DNA of 64,000 bases from Phoronis australis (Eukaryota; Animalia; Phoronida). Below are positions 38,778 to 51,215 of the stretch, piece by piece. Both the position numbers and the translations under genes were made by a program. The stretch covers positions 675,239-739,238 of the forward strand of contig NMRA01000015.1 of NCBI GenBank assembly GCA_002633005.1. The letters run 5' to 3'. Positions within the stretch are counted from its first letter, which is position 1, and each line of letters begins with the position of its first letter. The notes beneath the pieces are model-generated. The model saw only the letters and a list, made by a program, of their open reading frames with translations, was not told the DNA's origin and made no database searches.

Positions 38778-41317
38778 CTTCGTGTTGAGAAAACGATGAA
38801 CTTCATTCGGTCCGCCGTGACACCGCGTGGAACATGAGCGCTAGTTTGCCTTATAAAGAAACGAAGCAAAATATTCCAGGATTCGAAGCAATGGTTTTCA
38901 TAGGTGGCGCTTCATGGTCTTCAACAAAATTTTTAAAAATCGAAATTTGTTTCAAAGAAGTAGTTTCTGGTGATAAGAACCGACAACTTATGGGTGGAGA
39001 CTATGATCAGGATAGTTACTTAATGAGAAGTCCGTCGTCAATGAACTGTCAGCCGGTCGCTACAAGTCCTGGAACGCCCTGGAATCTGATTTCAGGACAA
39101 GTGGAGATCAATTTGTTATGGTACTTAGTCTTTATGACTCGAGTATATTTTTGTCAGAAGGTGGAGTCATGACATTTTTTGGTTTGTACACGTTTGTTGT
39201 CATCATTATTAAGTTCTGTCATTGTATTTGTTTTTGTTGAAATTGATATAAAGAGGTGAAAATAAATGATTTATCGTTTGCATTTGCTGTTTAGAAATAC
39301 TACACTTGCTGCTGAGGCGGTCGCATGTTGGCAGTTTTTAGCAAAATATGTATTTACGATTTTAATTACAAAATTTATCGCTACAGTTATTAAACCTCTG
39401 ACAAGAAAAAACGGGGCAGCTGGAAACGTTGCGGTTGGGATTAGCGCATCGGTTTGGGTCGGTTTCAAAAATGTACGGAGGGATCTTTACAATCCTAGCA
39501 ACGATGACTTGATCAAACATGGGCCTCTGCTACCTGCCTGCTCGCCCATTTTTGACGTAGAAACTTAGTTTTGACAACTATTAATCAGTACTTGTACGTT
39601 TGTGTTGTGATAGTTTGTAAGAAAGAGCACTGTGATAAATTTTTGTGTTAATATTGTACAGAATGACGGTAGGGGGCATTATGTAATATTTCACATGTTA
39701 TCTGAATATTTAAAGTCGCAAATACACAAACGGAAACAAACTGTAATCGTTCTGCAAACTTCCATTATATTACGCTTTGTGCAACCTATCTATGTGACGA
39801 GATTAAAGCAACGAATTACTCTAGGCCTTCGCCAGTGTTATCTCTGTTCCTTATTTTACTCTGAAGGAAATCGTAATTCCGGGTACAGTCTACACATTCA
39901 GTCACAAGGGTTTCGGCACGGGCTTTCCATAGACAGCCGTTGCTCTAAGTTGAAGGTGGACGTTTTCGCACACAAACTTGCGCAGTTGCATACTGTATTC
40001 AGTGCGTGAATCAAAGGTTCACGACAGAGGAACAATTGTGAGTAATTTGTCCTAACATTTACAAATTTATCATAGGTACGTTGGTATTTTTGAAAGACTT
40101 GTTTTTCTTCCAAAAGGAATGTTACCTGTTCGTTTTAGCTATTTTACTAAATATATAAAAGACGCATTTAATCTAGTTATAGAAAGTAAAATCGTGGATT
40201 TGCATAAATTTACATAAGGCCATGATGAAATTGATAGTACTTACAATTTCTCGAACCGGGAGTTTGTCGCAGACATAGTGTAGGTTGTGCTCTCCAGTCC
40301 ATGCGCGCACCCGAGGGGGAGGTCTCAGAGAAGCAAAAAGTCCGAGAAAACGAGACGAATGTCCACAGGCATTCGGCGCGACTGCACAATTAATACGTTG
40401 CCTGAACGTAGTAGGCATACCCCGCTTTTTTAGTCTCCGTTTTTCAGTAAAAGGTACACATACTGAAAAATTCGAGCCCCCCCCCTATGTTTTGGTCACA
40501 CACAGTGTTTGTACGACTTGCTCTTTGACACAGTCCTACACAATTCTGGTTTGGTGATTACTTTTGCTAATTTCTTTAAACGTGATCAACTAAAATCCTC
40601 AAATAGCTTTCAAAGTTAATGAAACATGCCAAATTGTTTTAAAAAACACTTTCAAAGCTTCAAAAAGGTAACTTTCCTTGTTAGGTACAAAAATCGTTGG
40701 TTGTCGCGCTAATTTTTTGGTTGTGCTTCACGTTTCAAGCTAACACCCGAACTTGAAAACTACCGCATAAATAAACAATTCGTTCCTACACTTACAAGCA
40801 TGACTTACGAACCCGATAACCTTAATTCGTCGTCTTATAAGCATGGGTCAGCGACTGCCAAACGCTGCGCCTCAGATTAAAAAAGAAGAAAAAAATCACG
40901 GAACGGTCATAGGAGTTAGTGAGCTGTGTTTGTGAGTCCGTGGAACACGATCATGGGAGTTAGTGAGTACGAGTTTTTGGGTGTGCAAGTCGTCTTTTAG
41001 GAGTCCAGTAGCGTGCTTGGCGGTCGGTTAACCAAGTTTGTGCGTCTGAAAACTTGGTTTACCAGTGAGCTGCGTTTATAACTAAAGGAATTGCGTTTGT
41101 GGGTGGAGCAGGCGTGTTTAACAGGCAGCTTGGGGTTAGAGGCCTTCTCGGATTAGTTACGTTTTTGTAAAAATTTACGGGAATGTTCAGCTTTGGCATG
41201 AATTTTTGGTCTTTCGAATTCTGTTGATGCTGAAAAACACCTTCTATTTGGTTTTCAAAAATAGTAAAAAAAATTGTAGGACATAAAAAGTGTTAAAAAT
41301 AGTTTTCATAGTTACAA

Positions 41318-41435
41318 TTATTGTATTGGTGACGCTCACTTAGTCATTATTATTGTATTAGTGACGATCACTTAGTTATCATTATTGTATTGATGACGCT
41401 CACTTAGTTACTATTATTGTATTGGTGACGCTCAT
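41318..41435 (+). repeat. About 32-bp minisatellite ATTATTGTATTGGTGACGCTCACTTAGT.., about 4 copies
   Basis: Visible tandem units. Confidence 0.85.
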
Positions 41436-42682
41436 TTGCCACTTAAATAACACTTATGTTAATCACTATCCCATTACTTTATATTTTAAAGTTAATAAAT
41501 TCATACATATAATTCAGGCTTATAAAGGTATGACCGGAGAGAAACTGTTACTTCCAATACCCCACAGTGTCATATTAACACTCATTTAGCTTAGCGTGGG
41601 AAAGATCGGACCGCCTTTAATTCCGTTATATGGTTTCAAATTGTTCTGTCAAAAATTAAGGTACACCTTGTTTGATTTTGCATTGGGGCTAATCTCTAAT
41701 TCTTTGACCATTATGATCACCAGAATACTCTGTATCAGGTGTACACACCAGACTGACATATATACGATGTCGTGATAACTCTTGCTATCAAAAGATCTTT
41801 CAAATGCCATAAATTTTACTTCAAGATCTTTCAAAAACAGCACACAAGTGCCTACGACGCCTCAGTCTACGCGAACACTTGTTTCCTACGAACGTCCTTA
41901 CTCTGCTAGTTCTACAGGTAGATTTAACACAGGATTTATGGTTACGCTATTTCTTCAGAGATAATTACCGGCAGTACACAACTTCTAGTTCTTTGAACGT
42001 TAAATTTGATTCAGCTTATAAACTTAACCTGTTCGATTTTGCATTAAGGAAATTAATATTTTGTTTCCTTGTCTACGCTGTAATATTGTAGGCCTGTTAT
42101 CGAAGTTGTGCACAGAAAGTAGGCCTACAAGGAAATATAGTTGTTACGACGTAAAATGTCAACAACTGTTGCATAATCAACTAGTGACCCTGTTACAAAT
42201 TTAGGTTAAATTTGTTCAAGATAGAAATGAAAATGATAGTCCCATATCAGAACAAGTTCCCTTGTCGGTGGGCATGCGTCAGGTAGCATCAAACAAGCAG
42301 TATAAATTTCATATCTGCACCTTAAACTCCACACACGCACCGGAAATACGCCACACCTGGTGAACAAACCCCCATACCCGGGTACAGCCAGATTCATAGC
42401 TCGAATCCATGGTCCGGCCATGGAGTTTCATTCTCATGGTGACAGTAGGAAGTAGGCCTATCCTTTAATCGGCGCGTGTTTGTGTCGAGGTTAGCATGAA
42501 TGAGGGCGCGGGTATGGTATTTGCAATGCGAGTTTGGTGTTTGTTGGTTTGGAATTAGGGTTTAGGGGTTCGATGCTGGAATTTAGAGGCCCGGCCATGG
42601 AATTGTTTCCACCTCACCAGAATAATTTTCATTCATTTCTTTCAGATCTATCAAAGTCCTAAATACTGGAACAGTCACCGAC

Positions 42683-43540
42683 ATGTCCGCAAGCCCACAT
42701 TCTGAAACAGCAGAAGATTTGGATAGAAGGATAAAAAAGAAGTGCACGATATCTGAGCTCAAGGCTCGTGAAAAAAACAAACTTCTCGATCAGAGACTCC
42801 ACAACAACACGGAAAGCGATTTGGAAAAGGAATGTCATGGGAATCTGATGTACAACAGCAGACGTCGGTTTTCTTTAAGAAGACGTCTGCTATCGTTTCA
42901 GGAAGAAGCTCAGCAACCGAAGTTAAAGTCTTTGGAGAAGAACGGTGAACTGAAGGGACAGCCGCTGGCTGAATATGTCAAGCTTAATCATATGAATACG
43001 AGAGTGCGCAGGAAGCACACGTCAAGTTTAGGGTCTCTTTCTGTTCTGCGGCCGTCTGCTAGTTTACCACAAGACTTGCATATGATCACATCTGCCTCAA
43101 AAGAGACGACTCTAAATTTGGCAAGATGCTCCGGAAAAAAGAAAAGAGCAAAGCCGTCTAATAAGCTGACGAGCCCCAACGACAAAACTAGGGACAAAAA
43201 GACGTTCGATTTTGAAGACATCGACAGAGCACTATCAGTGTCGTTAGAAGATTTGAGAGACAGCGTGTCGTCAGGAGAATCTGCAAATACTTCGCCTGCA
43301 AATACCAGAAGGAACGTGAATGTATACAGTCCGTCATGGGTGGAAAATAAGGATCAAATGAAAGGCAATGACAGTTATGACAAACATGAAATTGACAAAT
43401 CAGAAACAAACTTTTTGGAAGTGCCTCCGTTTACGGAGAAGTCCAACTGTTTGTTGGATAGGAAAAAGTCTTTCGATGCTATGCTCGATAGAGCACGCGA
43501 AAAGCTGACGGAGTATCGGACTGGCCAGCGCCCAAAATAA
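42683..43540 (+). CDS. Uncharacterised 285-aa charged/Ser-rich protein, N-terminal coiled-coil-like; single coding exon
   Basis: 858-nt uninterrupted non-repetitive ORF in AT-rich DNA. Strong acceptor TTCATTTCTTTCAG ends at 42645, just before the ATG. No transposon motifs recognised. Confidence 0.7.
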   Translation: MSASPHSETAEDLDRRIKKKCTISELKAREKNKLLDQRLHNNTESDLEKECHGNLMYNSRRRFSLRRRLLSFQEEAQQPKLKSLEKNGELKGQPLAEYVKLNHMNTRVRRKHTSSLGSLSVLRPSASLPQDLHMITSASKETTLNLARCSGKKKRAKPSNKLTSPNDKTRDKKTFDFEDIDRALSVSLEDLRDSVSSGESANTSPANTRRNVNVYSPSWVENKDQMKGNDSYDKHEIDKSETNFLEVPPFTEKSNCLLDRKKSFDAMLDRAREKLTEYRTGQRPK

Positions 43541-45409
43541 GGCAACTAATTTCTGATTATGTTCTCTCCTTATAATATATTCGGTGATAAATGCGTTTAA
43601 TTTCAACAAAGTGGAAAAATATTTAGGTCTGGTGCGAGGTCTCATTACAAAGCATCCCGCTGCATACTAGTAAAGCTACATTTCGCCCTGCTTGGCTAGC
43701 TATTAAACGAAAATCGAATTAGATTATTTACTGTCATGAAACTGGCTTTTACATTCCTTGCCGTGATGTGATTCTATTTCCGTTTTCCAACTCAAATCAC
43801 AGGTAATGCGTAACGCGTCATTTTAGAATTCGCTATTTTAAGGTTGGTCTACCCCAATAAAATCCAAAGTCATCTCTTGTCTTACTGATGATCTCGATGA
43901 TCTTGTTGGCATCGGAAATAGAATCCTATCACGGTAAGGAATATTATGAGACTGATTTCATGTGCGTAAAAAACTAATTCACTTTTCATCTTTAGCGGAA
44001 ACAGGGCGAAATACAGATTTAAAAAGTTCAATACCTCTACGAGTCGACGGCCAACTTGAGCCCGCTTGTGCCCGGGTATTGGGAATCTAAAGAATCCAGT
44101 TTTCTACAAAGTCGACTTCATTTCTATAAATTTTGATTTGAGATTGTGGCGCGGGGTTATAACATAATTGACCGCAGTATCCTTTCTTAATTTGTATCTG
44201 TTTTGGAAAATATGAGTTACACAGTTTCTATTTTAAGTATAACCTGCGTAATCTGCTTATCACAACGAGATGAAATGGTCGCAGTTGTGTTAGCTTGTCA
44301 CGTGCACTCGGTGAATTGGTGGCAATAAATTACAGGAATAGGACGTTTTTGTGCATAACCCGACGTTTAATATATTTCCTATTTTATATTGTTGGCAAAC
44401 ACTCACTGATGTGTTTTAGTACTCTTTTACTTGCTTATGCCCGGTCTGTTTGATGATGGAATTCACATTGTGCCAAAGACGGAAGGCTTGAGACATCGAG
44501 TAACCTGGTTTACACATTGCCTTTAGATAATGAGTTATAATAAAATGTCGTCTGCCAGACATGTCACTATAATAAAAACAATGAATGGTGAATTTTTGTT
44601 TGTTTTTTTCTGGAAATGAGTCATACGTCACAAAATTATATGTTGATTATGCAACATATTTTATAACGACTGAACATCACGAATAAGTCGAGTGATTCTT
44701 CTGATTTCCATTGTCAGACCAATCTTACGGGGTTTTTCGGTGGATTTTTCTGCCGATTCATATATCAACTGTCAATACAAACGCAACACTCCTTGAAGAA
44801 ATCTTGACCTATATTTCTACCTTTATTGATATATGTATGAACGTAACGCAAACGGATGTTTACCTGCTAGTGCATTCATTGGCGGGTAAGAAAGGACACC
44901 GACTAGAGGAGCTAGGATGTTGAATCTCGGTAGTAATGAGACCATCCTCGAATAGATTTTTTTAGAAAAAAGACATTTTATGGCCTTTTGGTAATAATTA
45001 GCAGGCATGAGCTATGACGTAAATTCAGCGTTATGACCTGGTCAAAAGGGGGCGCTTGTCTTACCCCCGTAAGTGGTTTATATCACTCTTTCCAAATTGT
45101 ATGTTTGTTGACAACTATGCTAATATATTGATAAAAGCAATATACGTTTCGGGCTCGCAGTGTTTCTATTGGTTTACCATATCAGAAATATCGCTTATGA
45201 CTCTTAACGTCAACATGACAACGACCTAGTCTTTTTTCGAAAAAAACATATTTTATGTAATAGTATTTTTTAAATTGCAGGTGGTCTGATACACGCGCAG
45301 GCCTCGCATGTGGGCCCATTGCACTGATCACCTGGAAATATTTTATGCTTTATTAATATATGGTTAAAACCGAGCTGAGGAGCTAGAAACCTGGATCAAG
45401 ATTTTAGCA

Positions 45410-45437
45410 GTGTGACCTAGTGGAACTCGAACCCACG
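45410..45437 (-). repeat. tRNA-derived SINE B-box fragment
   Basis: Minus strand reads GTGGGTTCGAGTTCCAC. No full cloverleaf. Confidence 0.3.
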
Positions 45438-47189
45438 AAATAGTAATTTTTACTCTATTACTTAGCATTCTTATATCTGTCTCAAATAATTGTCACCAGG
45501 AACGTCACTTTCTGAGAGATGATTTCGTAGTCGACAAGAAAACACACACTGAATTTCAGTTTACGAAATATTCATATTTCAGTGATGCCTTCCAATCTAT
45601 TCTATGCTCTAGGGTGAAAATAAGGAAACATCTTCGAGTAATCGCGTGTCGGGAAAAATGATAAAAATAGCAATGCCTGTCCATTAGGTTTCATGAACAG
45701 ACGTTGCAATATGTCAAGACATCATACTGAATAAACTGGAACTCAATGACATTTTATCTTTTTGAGCTACCTGGACGCTACAAACTGCCTTGCTGGTGTT
45801 TGTACCCGCCGAGCTGATTTGGTGCACAAGACCAAGGTTGACCGTTCAATTATCACTTACGCGAAGACTTTTTGAGGAAAAAAGCTAAGGAGTTTCTTTG
45901 GAATGAAGACTCGTTTAAAAACGAGTTCTGGAATTTAAAATTATCTTAAATTGTCGGTTTCGTAACTGCGCCAATAGAAAGCTTGGCGTAACTATAATAT
46001 CTTTGCCAGCAGCGAATGTGACATAAAGTGAGGCTTATCCTTGCTGTCCGTAAGCCAACCAACATCGTCTGCGGCAATGACCGTAAATAAACTTCCATCT
46101 TGTGAACTATAGGTGGCGTCATCAGCTTATCTCCGTGGCTTACTCTGGTACCCGTGGTACTTCTGCGGCGGGTACCAGCAAACTAGTCCGCCGCTTTGAC
46201 GCTTTTTATACAGCAAACTGCTTACTGACTAAATTGCACTTTCTTGTGCTTGCAGAGTATTTAATTGAATTAGTTTTTGCACTCATGAAATAGGGATCAC
46301 TGAGTCATTATACTTCACTGTTGATTACCTGTGTAGTATTCGATCACCTGTATTCGTTACGACTCACACCGGAAGTATACAAGATCAGTAAAGTTGACCT
46401 GAAAGGTAGGTTACGACTGTAATTATTCCGCAGTTTTACCCATTAAATCGTTGTCGTAAAGATTTCTGGATGAATGAGAGACTTGCACACCAATTTAACA
46501 CCCGAGGGTCTTGTTTATACGTACTTGAAGACATTACGAATCACTTTTTGATCCAAGAACCTTAGTTTTGGTTTGATATCGCTGTCCGATTTCTTTGCCT
46601 TGTCATAGATGCACCGTGTCGCCTGTCGGTGATATAGAACATTGTCTATTGTCTTTGCGGCGACGATGATCTACCTGCACTTTGAGAAACTTTTCTGGAG
46701 AGTTAGTTTTGCACTTTTCAGTGTTGCTGTAATATGACAGTGTGGTAAGTACTGTAGCCACAGGCATGCCAACGTCCTTATTTTGTTTAGATGATTACAT
46801 GATACTTAAAGTGATAAAAGCCACAAGTGCTAAAGTTAAACCTGAATTTACCGCTGTTGTAAATTTCATATTGTACCTTTTTAGCAATGAAAAGTTTTCA
46901 TACAGGTTATTGTTGGTTTTCCTGTTTTAACCCTTTTCAAAATTTGAGGACTTTGTGATGAACAATTCCTTCGTATGTATCTTTCTCAACCTGTTTCATA
47001 TAGTGTTTGTAAATAATCTTCCTCTGGGATCATTTCTCTGTTTATTGTATATGTAAATATATGTAAATATATGTAGGAGCACTTGTGGTAATGTTTGTTT
47101 GGCTACCTCATGCCCTGTAAACTAAATGTTTTGCTTACTTATTTACTTGCTAGAAATTTCTTTGAGTCTAAGATAGTTGTTTTAACTTA

Positions 47190-47462
47190 ATCATTATCAT
47201 TGTGTTGTCATTATCATTGTGCTGTCATTATCATTGTGTTGTCATTGTCATTGTGTTGTCATTATCATTGTGTTGTCATTATCATTGTGTTGTCATTATC
47301 ATTGTGTTGTCATTGTCATTGTGTTGTCATTGTCATTGTGTTGTCATTGTCATTGTGTTGTCATCATCATTGTGTTGTCATCATCATTGGGTTGTCATTA
47401 TCATTGTGTTGTCATTATCTTTGTGCTGTCATTATCATTGTGTTATCATTATCATTGTGCTG
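47190..47462 (+). repeat. 17-bp minisatellite CATTATCATTGTGTTGT, about 16 copies
   Basis: Visible tandem units. Source of the CCHYHC ORFs. Confidence 0.95.
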
Positions 47463-48419
47463 TTCTTTATTTTACATTTGAAGAGTTGCCCTGTAGATTC
47501 TATTTGGGCTTAATGTTATTTTAATTTTACACAGTTCTATACATTTGACTATTGGTTTTGCAAGGACTTGCCCATCTATTATAACAAGGTATACATCTCT
47601 TGAAATTATTTTTTTATGGAAGGAATAACTGAGATGAAGTTGCGTCATTACTGTTTTTGTGAAATAAGTAAGCAAATATCTAGTTTTTGTTTTTTATCAT
47701 GTCAAATTGTAACGCAAATTTCATACTGATTAATGTCTTGTTTGTTGAGTTATTCATGAATCCAACACATTTACTAGTGTTCAGTCGGCTTTTTAATACT
47801 TTTTGAGTAAAATCATTCTCGTTTGCCAAAACTTTTTTGCTGCCCGCAACTACTTAGGTGACTCACTGACATTTAACCTGGTACCATTTGGCAGCTTTGA
47901 GCTGTCAGTATCATGCTATGAACTCAAGCCAGACATTTTGATAACGCTGGAAAAATATCACCAGTATTAGCCTACATAACTTGAGTAAATAGAAAATTGA
48001 TCAAGGTTACTGTCCTGCATGCAATTGATACGGAGTACAAGGAGATCAGATGAGTTGGGAGTGGATGCTTTTTTAACTCGGAGCTTGCAACGTTTTGTAG
48101 ATTGGTTTCAACTGGGGACAAACTGAGGATATGTACATATTGGGCTTGATGAAGTGAGGAGAGTTTGAGTGTGATGTGTGTACTCAATGCTGTATTTGCT
48201 GTGTTGACAGTATGGATAAATTAGAAGGTAAGTTTACATAGATTCTTTCTTGTAAACTTTGTGACAAATGATCTAGTCCTTGATCTCAGTTTCTTACGTA
48301 GAATCATCGTTTTTGCGAAACTGACTGGATTCTGGTGAATAACAAAATGGATCATTGAATCTTTAAAAAAAAATTGTTTTGTGTCTTTGCAAGCGTTGGT
48401 AATTTAGTAAACTTGACTG

Positions 48420-49950
48420 ACAAAGTCTGGCATGTCTGTTTATCAAAGTTAACTTGTCACCAGGATTCCATTTAGTGTTTCCATTTTTATTCTTTTTCAT
48501 TAACTTTGCTTGCTGACTGCATCAATGGCTCTTGGTTTTCTTATCATATCAATTGAAGATTACCAAGAATATGTGCAGGACTGGTATTTCCGTGTTGTGT
48601 CTTGTCACCTGCAATTTTAAGGTATAATTGTTTTCTAGACTGGATTGCTCAATTGGTACAAAGTACTCATGACCCAGTTACAATTCTTGTTGAAAGTTTT
48701 TAATCACATTATTGACCACATTGTTGACACTGAGACATTTATCTTGTTTGCTTACAAGTGATATTGTCTGTAAAAGGTTGTGTAATTGTTGTAAAATTGA
48801 TACTGTTTTTCTGATGACCATGGACACAGTTTAGAATACAATGTTCTCCACAATCCCGTCACAGTAACGAATTCGTATTTTTCTATGAGGAAGTTGTCAC
48901 ACCTGCGCAAAGTGTGAAAAATAATTCAACTAGTTAACTCATTGAAAGTGAGTCCTTTTTTCAGCAAAACTTGAGTTTTTAGATGCTTGTAAGTTACAGT
49001 TCATTGCACTGATCCAATCCTTACCTTCACAGTGTGGTCATGGGCATTCCAACATGTTCATGAATTGTGTTATACTCACGTAGTTTTAATTGTCTACCGT
49101 GAAGAATGATGAATATGGTAATAGTAAAAAATAAGAACCTGATTTAAAAAAAACCTATTGAGAGTAAATGAAGTGAAGCGAATGTTACCATTTGTAAAAT
49201 GTTTTGAAAACCAATTTAAACACAATTAAACATTTTAAACGATGCTAATATGAGTGATATAATTGACAACTAGTTGGACAACACAAAACTGAGACACATT
49301 GTTTCACTATATGTGCACAAAAGGCTTGAAAATGACATATGAGAAGGCTTGGTATTGTAAGGTGTTAACTTACTTAATCACCTGATCAACATGTGTTACA
49401 AATTCTCAGGTCTTCTCCTTGAGCCTCACTGTATAGTTGTGTGAGGTCTGTCCAGGGCAATACCACAAACCATTAGCTGCCATTGTAAACACCAGCCAAA
49501 ACATTCCCCACCATGGAATTACATAATTTGCTTCCCTCATGTTTTCATAACTGATCCATTATGTGGCATGCAACAAACACTATTCACTACTGTTCATGGA
49601 TCAGCCATCCATCATGGAGATCCTTAGATAGATATGGACCTATGGAATGATTGACAGGTAGTTAGTTTATTCAATGGTTACATAACAGATAAACACAATA
49701 AGCTTTGTTTGTGTGAAATTCATAAATTTAACATCAAGGAATACAAGGTTGCATTTAATGTTTTGATCAATGACTTGCATGAGAACCATCTTCTTATGAC
49801 TACAGTGCTAACATCTGGTGGAGTCTTCACCTGTTCCCACACAATATAGGGAAAAGTGAAATTGAGGTTGTCAAATTTCTCAAAATAAAGACGAATGGAC
49901 TTTTTAGTCTTTCTTAGCTTGGTTTGCACTGTGTAGATGTCACTAAACAA
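48420..49950 (-). pseudogene. Heavily decayed coding fossil, possibly a P-like DDE transposase
   Basis: Broken minus-strand frames (..LCNSMVG.., QLPHRKIRIRYCDGIVEN.., GHEYFVP.., SPAHILGNL resembling D-x-x-H-L-L-K-N) with many stops. Confidence 0.25.
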
Positions 49951-50257
49951 CATTTGGTATTGTTTCCTTTATGAGCTGTCATGCAGCTTTTGAAAATTAA
50001 AAAAATGTAATTTTGGTAGTTGTTTGAACTGTAAATATTGCTGTTACAAAAGTGCCACGTGTGTGCGTGCGTGTGCATGCGTGCGTGTGTGCGTGCGTGT
50101 GCTGAACAAAAAAGAAAGAATGCATCAAGAACAGTGCAATGTCAGGATCGGGCAATGGCTGTTTTCCAATGCATTGGGGACATGGTGAAATACGCATTGG
50201 CACTAGATGGCGATGGAGTAGATGTTGGACATCTGTCTGCAGTCTTGAATGAATTAA

Positions 50258-51215
50258 AGTGTACACAACATGACTCTAGTACCTCAAAATAAATTTTATT
50301 ATTATATCTTACTTGATTTCAGTGCCTTTAGTGCACAGCTCATAAAGAAACACGCAAAAATTGAAAAAAATAATAATTATGTACAACGTCATGGGTTGAA
50401 CCCAAGTCGTTCGCCATACCGTTCGGATCAGAGACAAAGTGTATAGAGTGAAGAGAATGCAAAGTACATTTAGCGTCGAGAAGGTTCGTAGAGGGATCAA
50501 AAGATGTATTTCCGGAGGCTGCAGCAACAGCAGCCTGGCGGAAAACGTCTCGGTGTTCCGAAGGACACCAAAGTTGCGCAGAAGTGGCATGACTTCGTGC
50601 GCCGAACAAGAGTGTGGGACGTCATCGTGGACCAAGCGATTCGGTCCGGGGCCACTCTGTGTTCTGCCCACTTTGAGGACTCGTGTTTCGACTCCAGTCA
50701 CAGGAGACGATGAAGGCCTGGTTCAATAAAGGACAATATTTATCATTCAGAAACATCAGCTCTTAATTCAGGATCGTCTGTTGGATGACTGGGTTGACTC
50801 GCCGAGCCCGAGGCCGCTTCTCTCGCGGGAGGATCCAGTTCATAAGGCTCAAAGTAGAAAAGTACGCAGCCGGAAGCACATTAAACTTGTTCTCGCTTTC
50901 GTGCAACCCCATTTCCTCATCCTGGCCACCATTCTCATACGTTTCTTCATAGTATTCGTTCAATTCTTGCTCATAATCGTCGTCACTTTCAAATTCCCTG
51001 GTCTCCGCCATTGTTCAATGCTAGTCACTGATCTCTTGTGTTCAACCCATGACGTCACATGGCGGGAAATGTGAAAATTGGCAAAATTGAAAGAAAAATC
51101 AAAATTTTGAGCTAATTACACAAAATAAACATAGGTTTAGCTAAATTTTACGTCATACATTTAGTCTGTGGCCACCGGTAATTCAAAATGCGCAAAAATC
51201 CATGGTGTGTACTGT
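50258..51215 (+). mobile_element. Internally deleted Kolobok-like DNA transposon (THAP stub plus convergent acidic ORF stub)
   Basis: TTAA on both sides (50254-50257, 51216-51219). TIRs AGTGTACACAACATG / CATGGTGTGTACTGT match at 12/15. A THAP domain lies inside. Confidence 0.75.
50496..50713 (+). pseudogene. Frameshifted THAP zinc-finger domain (transposase N-terminus)
   Basis: KRCISGGCSN...SVF / PKDTKVAQKWHDFVRRTR...LCSAHFEDSCF gives C2CH with the conserved P, W and F, split across two frames near 50557. Confidence 0.85.

Noticed and set aside
38834-40557. Cluster of 90-125-aa ORFs
   Set aside because: No recognisable domains and no consistent splice structure; lengths are compatible with chance.
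42553-42570. TTAGGG-like telomeric motif
   Set aside because: Only two degenerate units; not an interstitial telomere array.
47200-47524. Cys/His-rich metallothionein-like ORFs
   Set aside because: All three frames are open only because of a 17-bp repeat; no gene structure.
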